Origin: Candidatus Binatia bacterium
Lineage (GTDB): Bacteria > Desulfobacterota > Binatia > HRBIN30
DNA length: 64,000 nt
Assembly: GCA_038245295.1 (NCBI GenBank)
Contig: JBBRSP010000031.1
Span: forward strand, 10,014 to 74,013
Direction of reading: 5' to 3'
Position numbers and translations under genes: made by a program. Below the pieces are notes generated by a model. That model had not been told where the DNA came from, ran no database searches, and was given only the letters and a program-made list of their open reading frames with translations. Below are positions 57,005-64,000 of the stretch, one piece after another (the first letter of the stretch is position 1; every line of letters begins with the position of its first letter).

Positions 57005-57616
57005 TCAGGAAGTTCGCCGCGCCACGGATCGTAAAGATGCCTGCGACCGCTTCTTCGCCTGGCGGTGGTGCAGTTCACCCACCTGACGCTCCACCAGATG
57101 GTCGGCGCGCTCCAGGAGGAAGCGGTTGCGGGTGTATTTTTCAATCATGTAGCTGAGGTCTCCGAGGTCGTGGATGAGGAGCTTTACGGCTCGCTCACGC
57201 TCGGCTTCGCCCTTGAGGGCGCGTAGGAGATCGAGGACGACGTCCTCGACTTCCGAGTCTTCGACCTCCAGAGCAATTTCGAAGGCGCGCTCGACGGTGA
57301 CACCTTGAGTGGCTTCCTCCTGGGCCGCAGCCAGCAGCTTGCGCAGGTGCCGAATGCGCGCTTGTGGCAGCGTAAGAACGCTCCCCAACGAGCGTTCGGG
57401 GGCGCTATCCAGTAGCCCGGCGACGAGCGCCAAAGCGCCAAAGTGCCGCGATTCGTGCTGCGCCATGTCGAACCAAAACGAACGTAATTCTTCGGGTTTG
57501 TTGAATTGTGTCTCGAACGCGCAGTAGAGCTGCATGCTCTGGCGCTCGAGATCCATCGCCGCCTCTATCAGTTTGCGAACGGCGGCTTTCGCCGCCTTGC
57601 CTGCTGGTTTTGCCAC
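57005..57616 (-). CDS. Ferritin-like / rubrerythrin-like protein
   Basis: AMDLE..SMQLY, MAQHESRH (ExxH), ALEVEDSE. Confidence 0.65.
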   Translation of the reverse strand: MAKPAGKAAKAAVRKLIEAAMDLERQSMQLYCAFETQFNKPEELRSFWFDMAQHESRHFGALALVAGLLDSAPERSLGSVLTLPQARIRHLRKLLAAAQEEATQGVTVERAFEIALEVEDSEVEDVVLDLLRALKGEAERERAVKLLIHDLGDLSYMIEKYTRNRFLLERADHLVERQVGELHHRQAKKRSQASLRSVARRTS

Positions 57617-57826
57617 GGGGATTCTCTACGGTCCGGGATGGTCGGAAGTCAAACCGGGCGTCGGCGAGGGGGCAGTTTGAAAATGGGACGACGGCGCCCG
57701 ACCGCTGCGCCTTGCTGCGGAGTCGGCAGGCGGCGGCCTCGTATTTCCCCGTGGCCCTTGATCTGATCTCAGGCACTCGTTTTATCCCGGGGATCTGTCA
57801 TTCAATCGAGCCAAGGAGACTTTCTC

Positions 57827-58162
57827 ATGACCCAACTCGCCGATCGTTCCTGCATCCCCTGCAAGGGCGGCGTCCCACCCCTGACGGCTGAACAGATCGC
57901 CCCGCTCCTGGCACAGGTCCACGGCTGGGAAGTGGTCGAAAACCACCATCTAACGAAGCGCTATAAACTGGCAAATTTTGTCGAGGCTCTTGCGTTGGTG
58001 AATCGCGTCGGCGCCATCGCCGAAGAGCAGAACCATCATCCGGACCTAGTCCTGGCTTGGGGAAAGGTGGAAGTGACCATCTGGACCCACAAGATCAGCG
58101 GGCTTACCGAGAGTGATTTCGTTTTCGCCGCCAAGTGCGACCGTGCCGCCACGGCAGGTTGA
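57827..58162 (+). CDS. phhB: Pterin-4-alpha-carbinolamine dehydratase
   Basis: CIPCKGGVPPL, AEEQNHHPDL, WTHKISGLTESDF; AAGGAG RBS. Confidence 0.93.
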   Translation: MTQLADRSCIPCKGGVPPLTAEQIAPLLAQVHGWEVVENHHLTKRYKLANFVEALALVNRVGAIAEEQNHHPDLVLAWGKVEVTIWTHKISGLTESDFVFAAKCDRAATAG

Positions 58163-58268
58163 CTTCGGCCCCGTCGCGTTGGATACGCACCTGCGCACCG
58201 CTGCGGCTTCATAGGCGGTGTTGTGCCCGTATTGGCCGGTTGGGAAGTCTCTGTTCTGGGAGGGAATT

Positions 58269-61200
58269 ATGTTGGCGAAGAACCTCGTCCGAGCACGTGT
58301 GGCGTTTTCTCTACTGTCGACGATCGCGTTTGCTGCCGGTTGTTCGGAGGAAGCCGGGCCACCTCCGGCGGTCCAACCGAGCGCTACGGCCACATTGACG
58401 TCGGTGGCGCAGCCGCAAACACCAACGAGGACTTCGACGGTTTCGAATCCTGAAACCCCGACTCCAACGCTCACGAGCACGCTGCCAAGCAGCACCGCGA
58501 CGCCAACCCCGACGACGGCGACCGCGCAGTGCGCTGATCCGCGCCCGGCGCCGAGTGGGCCGGCGATCTATATTGAAGACGTCAACCTTACTGCTGGCGC
58601 CACGACGGCGGCCATCACCGCCAAGCTGGTATCGGGTGTCGATGTCGCCGGAACACAGAATGACATCACCCTGTCGGCCGCGCTGCGCATCAAGGCCAAG
58701 GCGAACGGCAAACCGGATTGCGCCGTCAATGCGGCGATCGACAAGACCGGCACATCGTTCGCGTTCCGCCCCAATGGATGCACGGGTGCTGCCTGCACCG
58801 GTGTACGAGCCCTGGTACTGTCGACTGAAAACGTCGATGCCATTCCTTCCGGAGCGGCACTCTACAGTTGCAACGTCGATGTAGTGGCCGGTGGTGAGCT
58901 TCCGGTGACCGGAGTGATCCTCAGCACGCCGGCTGGCCAACAGGTAAGCGGCGCTACAGGCCGTGGCGGCATCGTCTGCCTGCCGGGAGCCCAACCCTCG
59001 GCGACACCGACCCCGACGCAGGCCCCGGCGACGGCGACCACAACGCCGACCACGAGCAGCGGCCAGGTCTGCGCCAATCCGCGCCCGGCGCCGGCTGGTC
59101 CCGCCATCTATCTTGAAGACCTCAACCTGCCGAAGGACTCGACGGCCGGCACGATCACCGCAAAGCTGGTTGCCGCGACGGGTGTCGCCGGCACACAGAG
59201 CGATATCAACTTCCCGGCCGGGGTAAGCATCAAACGCAAAGCCAACGGCAAGCCTGACTGCACCGTCAATCCAGACATCGACAAGACTGGCACCTCCTTT
59301 GCCTTCCGCCCGAACGCCTGCACCGCCGAAACGTGCACCGGCGTGCGCGCCCTGGTTCTGTCGACCGAGAACGTCGATCCGATCGTTAGCGGGTCTACCT
59401 TGTTCACCTGCAACATCAGTGTGACGGGTCCCGGCGGCGAACTGGTCGTGTCTGGCGTAATCCTGAGTACCCCTGGTGGCCAGCAAGTCAGCGGCTCCTC
59501 CGGGCGCGGCGGCATCGTCTGCGTCGAGGGCGCACAGTTGCCGACAGCGACGCCGACTCTGACCAGCACGCCGACTGCTCCGGCGTTCACCGCGACACCG
59601 ACGAATGTCGAAGCAACTCTCACCCCGACGCCCGCCGTTGCGACGGCGACACCAACGCTGGTTGTCTCGACCTGCCCCAGCCCGCGTCCCGCACCAGCCG
59701 GACCGGCGATCTACCTCAACGACATCAGCGTCGCCCAGGGCGCAACGAGTGCGGTCATTACCGTTAAGCTTGCGTCGGGCGGTTCCATGGTTGCCGGCAC
59801 GCAAAACGATCTTGCCCTGCCCAGCGGCATCCGCATCAAGGCGAAGGTCAACGGCAAACCGGATTGCGCCGTCAACGTGGCCATCGACAAGACGAGCACC
59901 TCGTTCAGTTTCCGACCAACTGCTTGTCAGGGTGACGCGTGCGACGGCGTGCGCGCCATTGTGTTGTCGACCGAGAACCTCGACGTGATTCCGGACGGCT
60001 CGGCCCTGTATTCGTGTAACGTCACTGTGACTCACGGCGGCTCGATCGCCGTCATAGGGGTGATCCTTAGCGATCCTGACGGTAACCGGGTTGCCGGGGC
60101 GGCCGGACGCGACGGCAACGTTTGCGTCGAGGGAGAGGTGCCGCCGACAGTGACACCGACGTCCACCCCCACCTCGACGAACACTCCTGTCCCGACAGCA
60201 ACCGACACGCCGACGGTGGTGATGAACACCCCGACCGCGACACCGACGGAGTTCGTCTCGACCTGTCCTGCACCGCGTCCGGCCCCGACCGGGCCGGCCG
60301 CCTACGTCGCTGATACGATCCTGCCGATGGGCTCGACCGCCGGCGCGATCACCGTCAAACTGGCCACTGGCGGTAAACTGATTGCCGGCGCGCAAAACGA
60401 CCTCGCCTTGCCGAGCGGCATGGCGATCCTCGCCAAGGGCAATGGTCGTCCCGACTGCAGCGTCAACCCAGCGATCGACAAAGCCGGAACGTCGTTCAGC
60501 TTCCTGCCGATCGCCTGCGAAGGCAGCGCCTGTCGCGGCGTCCGTGCCATCGTTATTTCGACCGACAACCTCACGGCGATCGCCGATGGCGCCGTTCTCT
60601 ACACCTGCAGCGCCACTGTCACCTTCGGAGGAATCGTCGGCGTGAGCGAAGTGTTCTTTGGTGATCCGGATGGCAACCGCGTGCCGGATGGCAGCGGGCG
60701 CGACGGCAGCATTTGCATCGAAGGGCAGCTGCCGACACCGACCGTTACGGCAACGCCGACACCTACCGACACGGCGGCGCCGGTACCATCGTCTACCGAT
60801 ACGCCAGTTGCGGGTGAGACGGCAACGCCGACCCCGACGGCGGCCTTGGAAGCGACGGGCACAGCGACGCCGACCAACGCACCGGAAGTGACCGCCACGG
60901 CAACGGCGAGTCCATCCCCGACAATCGCCATCGCTGGATGCGAACAGGTTCGTCAGGGCCCTGCTGGGCCAGCCGTCTGGATCGTCGATTCGTCGGCCCT
61001 GCCGGGGACGGAGACCTCGATTACGGTCCGCCTCGCTACCCTTGGCCAAACAATCGTCGGCACGCAGAATGAAATCGCCTTCCCGGCGGCGGCGACGATC
61101 GTTGCGTTGGGCAACGGCCGCCCCGATTGCACCGTGCCCAGCGAGCTGAACAAGGGCGCCAGTTACTTTGGATTCACCCCAACGGGTTGTTCGGGAGCGG

Positions 61201-62174
61201 AATGCACGGGCATCAGCGCGATTGTTGTCGCCACCGACAACATCGATCCTATTCCCGACAACAGCATCCTCTACAACTGCCGGGTTGCGGTTGCGGCGAA
61301 CGCGACGGGCACACTCGATATCACGGTCGGCGAGGTCATTCTGAGCGACCCCAACGGTAACCGTATTGCCGAGCCGGGATCGCAAGACGGCCGGATCTGC
61401 ACAGGGCCGGCCCCTGTGGTTTCCGAAGCGACCTTGGCCGGCAAGAATGAAGTGCCGGCCGTCGATAGCGATGCCACCGGCCACGCGTCCGTTGTGCCGA
61501 CGGCCGACGGAATCAGCGTGACGCTGACGACTTCGTTCACCGCAGCGTTGGCGGCTCACATCCACTGTGGACCGGTCGGCGTGAATGGCGGCGTCGTCTT
61601 CGGCTTGTATAGCCTTGCTGACGGACCCATCCCGGCGACCTTGACGAAACAACTGACCTCGGCCGACCTCATGCCGGTCGGATCAATTTCGACGATGGCC
61701 GAAGCCATCACGGCCATTCAAAGTGGCGACTGCTACGTGAACGTTCACACCCAGGCTCACCAGGGCGGCGAGATCCGCGGCCAACTGAGCATGTCGGAGT
61801 TCCACGCGACGCTGACCGGTGACGGCGAGTCGAGCCCGGTGGCGACCGATGCGACAGGCACGGCAGCCGTCGGCTTCACGGCCAGCAAGATCGTCGTCAC
61901 GTTGAACACGACCGGTCTCGTCCAGCCTCTCGCGGCGCACATTCACCTGGGTCCGATCGGCGTCAACGGCCCGGTGATCTTCGGCTTGTACAGCCTGGCA
62001 GACGGCGCGTTGCCTGCGACATTGACGAAAACCCTGACAGCGGCGGACCTCATGCCCACCGCCGGAGCCAGTACGTTCAGCGAGGCTACCGCAGCGATTG
62101 CGGCGGGCGGAACCTATGTGAACGTCCATACTCAGGCGAACCAAGGCGGCGAGATTCGCGGCCAGGTACAGTGA
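58269..62174 (+). CDS. Lipoprotein with 5 Cys-rich cohesin-like repeats, Thr/Pro linkers and 2 C-terminal CHRD domains
   Basis: GGAGGG RBS; lipobox AAGC; five ~150-aa repeats (VAGTQND..NGKPDC.VN..IDK..F.F.P..C....C.GVRA.V.ST.N...I..G..LY.C); CHRD motifs AAHIH and YVNVHT...GGEIRGQ twice. Confidence 0.85.
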   Translation: MLAKNLVRARVAFSLLSTIAFAAGCSEEAGPPPAVQPSATATLTSVAQPQTPTRTSTVSNPETPTPTLTSTLPSSTATPTPTTATAQCADPRPAPSGPAIYIEDVNLTAGATTAAITAKLVSGVDVAGTQNDITLSAALRIKAKANGKPDCAVNAAIDKTGTSFAFRPNGCTGAACTGVRALVLSTENVDAIPSGAALYSCNVDVVAGGELPVTGVILSTPAGQQVSGATGRGGIVCLPGAQPSATPTPTQAPATATTTPTTSSGQVCANPRPAPAGPAIYLEDLNLPKDSTAGTITAKLVAATGVAGTQSDINFPAGVSIKRKANGKPDCTVNPDIDKTGTSFAFRPNACTAETCTGVRALVLSTENVDPIVSGSTLFTCNISVTGPGGELVVSGVILSTPGGQQVSGSSGRGGIVCVEGAQLPTATPTLTSTPTAPAFTATPTNVEATLTPTPAVATATPTLVVSTCPSPRPAPAGPAIYLNDISVAQGATSAVITVKLASGGSMVAGTQNDLALPSGIRIKAKVNGKPDCAVNVAIDKTSTSFSFRPTACQGDACDGVRAIVLSTENLDVIPDGSALYSCNVTVTHGGSIAVIGVILSDPDGNRVAGAAGRDGNVCVEGEVPPTVTPTSTPTSTNTPVPTATDTPTVVMNTPTATPTEFVSTCPAPRPAPTGPAAYVADTILPMGSTAGAITVKLATGGKLIAGAQNDLALPSGMAILAKGNGRPDCSVNPAIDKAGTSFSFLPIACEGSACRGVRAIVISTDNLTAIADGAVLYTCSATVTFGGIVGVSEVFFGDPDGNRVPDGSGRDGSICIEGQLPTPTVTATPTPTDTAAPVPSSTDTPVAGETATPTPTAALEATGTATPTNAPEVTATATASPSPTIAIAGCEQVRQGPAGPAVWIVDSSALPGTETSITVRLATLGQTIVGTQNEIAFPAAATIVALGNGRPDCTVPSELNKGASYFGFTPTGCSGAECTGISAIVVATDNIDPIPDNSILYNCRVAVAANATGTLDITVGEVILSDPNGNRIAEPGSQDGRICTGPAPVVSEATLAGKNEVPAVDSDATGHASVVPTADGISVTLTTSFTAALAAHIHCGPVGVNGGVVFGLYSLADGPIPATLTKQLTSADLMPVGSISTMAEAITAIQSGDCYVNVHTQAHQGGEIRGQLSMSEFHATLTGDGESSPVATDATGTAAVGFTASKIVVTLNTTGLVQPLAAHIHLGPIGVNGPVIFGLYSLADGALPATLTKTLTAADLMPTAGASTFSEATAAIAAGGTYVNVHTQANQGGEIRGQVQ

Positions 62175-62176
62175 GA

Positions 62177-62279
62177 CCATCTGGCCATTTGGCCATTTGA
62201 TCATCTGCTCATTTGGCCATTTGGCCATTTTCGGAATGCCCAAATGGCAAGATGGCAAGATGGCAAGATGGCCAAATGG
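62177..62279. repeat. Inverted octamer tandem repeats between convergent genes
   Basis: Seven CCATTTGG-like units (62177-62232) facing five CCAAATGG/CAAGATGG units (62240-62279). Confidence 0.85.
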
Positions 62280-62280
62280 A

Positions 62281-63081
62281 TCAGCTTTCCGTGTAGCTGG
62301 GTTTGCGTTTCTGCAAGAAGGCCATGATGCCTTCGCGGAAGTCATTGGTCTGGGCGCAGAGGATCTGGTTGCGATCCTCCATGGCGATCACCTGATCGAG
62401 GCTGCCGGCATCGACGCTCGCATTCAGGCATTCTTTGGTGAGACGTAGGCCGAGCGGGGATGTGAGTAACATGTCGTCGACCAATCGTTGCGCCGCCGCG
62501 TCGAGTTGATCGTCGGGGACGACTTCGGAGACCAGGTTGGTTGCCAGAGCCCGCTGGGCATTGATGAAGCGCCCGGTCAGTAGCAACTCCGAGGCGACCG
62601 AAACACCGACAAGGCGTGGCAGGAAGTAGCTGACGCCGACATCACACGCGGACAGACCGATCCGAATGAACGCCGCGTTCATTCGCGCACTCTCGCCGGC
62701 GATGCGCACGTCGGAGGCCAGCGCCAGCGCAAAACCTCCGCCACAGGCTGCGCCTTTGATGCAGGAGATGAAGGCCTGTGGTGCGCGGCGCATCATCAGC
62801 ACGAGCTCACTGATGCGCCGCTGACTGCGCAGGCCCGCTTGCACCGAGCCCGACGCTCCATCGCCGCTCGGCGCTTCTTTGAGATCGAGCCCGGCACAGA
62901 AGGCGCGTCCTTCGCCGCGCAACACGACGATACGCGTGGCGCGATCGTCCGGCAGTGCGGCGAAGTGTTGGCGCAGTTCGGTGACCATTGTCGAGCTCAA
63001 GGCATTGAGCGCTTCCGGCCGGTTGAGCGTCAGCCATTGCACCGGGCCATCCTGGCGAATCGACAACGTTTCGTACGTCAT
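62281..63081 (-). CDS. Enoyl-CoA hydratase/isomerase
   Basis: LNRPEALNAL, AFCAGLDL, GGGFALALASD, DFREGIMAFLQKRKP. Confidence 0.95.
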   Translation of the reverse strand: MTYETLSIRQDGPVQWLTLNRPEALNALSSTMVTELRQHFAALPDDRATRIVVLRGEGRAFCAGLDLKEAPSGDGASGSVQAGLRSQRRISELVLMMRRAPQAFISCIKGAACGGGFALALASDVRIAGESARMNAAFIRIGLSACDVGVSYFLPRLVGVSVASELLLTGRFINAQRALATNLVSEVVPDDQLDAAAQRLVDDMLLTSPLGLRLTKECLNASVDAGSLDQVIAMEDRNQILCAQTNDFREGIMAFLQKRKPSYTES

Positions 63082-63171
63082 GCACGTATCCTTTCGTGAA
63101 GTGCGAGTAGAACAGGAAAAGCCTGAGCCTCGGTCTAAGCCTCTGCATCTGCCTCTGCCCGTGGGGGGGGC

Positions 63172-63798
63172 TCAGCCCGGCTCTGACTCGGGAAACTCGG
63201 CAGCGTAATCGGCGCGCGCGGCATTGAGCACGGCGCGTGCTTCCATGGCGTTGTAGACCGGATCGACCGTGATCGTGCTGGCCGCTTCTCCAGGAATCGC
63301 CTTGTAGGTGAGGAAGTAGTGGCGCAGGCGATCGATCACCGGACGCGGCACCTGGGTGATGTCGGCCATCTCGCCGTACGATGGGTCGCCAAGCAACACC
63401 GCGATGATCTTATCGTCGGCTTCGCCGCGCTCGACCATCCGCAAGCCACCAATAGGCCGTGCCTCCAGGATGATCTCGCCGCGCGCGATGGGACGGTCGG
63501 TAAGCACGCAGATGTCGAGCGGGTCGCCGTCGCCGTGGGTGACGGAAGGAGATCCGGCGATGCTGTAGGCCGCGACATGGGTCCCACAGAACGTCTGCGG
63601 GACGAAGCCATACAGCGTTGGACAGAAGTTCGAGAACCGTTGCGGCCGATCGATCTTGAGATAGCCGGAGTGTTTGTCGATCTCGTACTTCACGCCGTCG
63701 GTGGGGACGATCTCGATGTAGGCGCGGACGATCTCGGGAAAGCGCGAGCCGGGATCCAGACCGTGCCAGGGGTGCGGTCGAAACGAGAGTGGCTGCAT
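63172..63798 (-). CDS. ppa: Inorganic pyrophosphatase (family I)
   Basis: HPWH, KYEIDK, YGFVPQT, GDGDPLDI, EADDKIIAV, YFLTYK. Confidence 0.94.
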   Translation of the reverse strand: MQPLSFRPHPWHGLDPGSRFPEIVRAYIEIVPTDGVKYEIDKHSGYLKIDRPQRFSNFCPTLYGFVPQTFCGTHVAAYSIAGSPSVTHGDGDPLDICVLTDRPIARGEIILEARPIGGLRMVERGEADDKIIAVLLGDPSYGEMADITQVPRPVIDRLRHYFLTYKAIPGEAASTITVDPVYNAMEARAVLNAARADYAAEFPESEPG

Positions 63799-63859
63799 GG
63801 GCGCGACCCTACCAGCGTCCTCTCGGAGCGCAAGCCGCCTTGGCCCGACGGGTGGGCTA

Positions 63860-64000
63860 GGGTGTGCGTCGTAGATGTGGGTAATTGCAACGAGGGCTTG
63901 CCTGTGTCAAGATTCTACCAGTATATAAGGCTGGTAGAGGAGGTGGCGGGGATGGCAAGGACGATCGAGGAGCTGGAAGGCAAACGTGCAGAGGTGCTCA
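63860..64000 (+). mobile_element. Probable left end of an ISKra4-like insertion sequence, cut by the window edge
   Basis: GGGTGTGCGTCGTAGATGTGG resembles ISKra4-type termini as I recall them; followed by a promoter-like region and a DUF6788-like ORF start. Confidence 0.4.
63952..64000 (+). CDS. Partial ORF MARTIEELEGKRAEVL..., possibly a DUF6788-like IS accessory protein
   Basis: GAGGAGG RBS; TTGCCT-18-TATATA upstream, overlapped by a CTACCAG/CTGGTAG inverted repeat; only 16 codons visible. Confidence 0.5.
   Translation, partial: MARTIEELEGKRAEVL

Noticed and set aside
63163..63170. G8 tract as a phase-variation switch
   Set aside because: Short, intergenic, directly after the ppa stop in a GC-rich genome; no evidence that it lies in a promoter spacer.

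Overview
GC-rich bacterial chromosomal window with about 45 CDS and no rRNA, tRNA or CRISPR array found. The protein styles (long Thr/Pro linkers, a C-terminal CxGDC dockerin-like module, many CoA-dependent and split-barrel enzymes) suggest Candidatus Binatia/Binatota, which is an inference. Most genes are housekeeping or metabolic: modABC, Lhr helicase, metH, deoxyhypusine-synthase-like gene, cysQ, acyl-CoA dehydrogenases, molybdopterin oxidoreductase, rlmL, trxA, phhB, ppa. Three large exported Thr/Pro-linker mosaic proteins stand out: (1) a ~2630-aa GEVED/SdrD-B/DUF11 surface protein, (2) a Vgb-type beta-propeller protein ending in a dockerin-like domain, and (3) a lipoprotein with five disulfide-rich cohesin-like repeats plus two CHRD domains. 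Proteins 2 and 3 may be parts of a membrane-anchored cohesin-dockerin (cellulosome-like, non-cellulolytic) assembly, the best candidate for an undescribed system. Intergenic DNA holds a MITE nested inside another MITE inside a REP-like palindrome, a second inverted copy of the inner MITE, two REP families, and inverted 6-9-bp tandem repeats. It also has gene remnants and a probable ISKra4-like IS end at the right edge. A DacA-like gene has lost its catalytic motifs. All family calls are from motif recognition by eye; no database searches were run.
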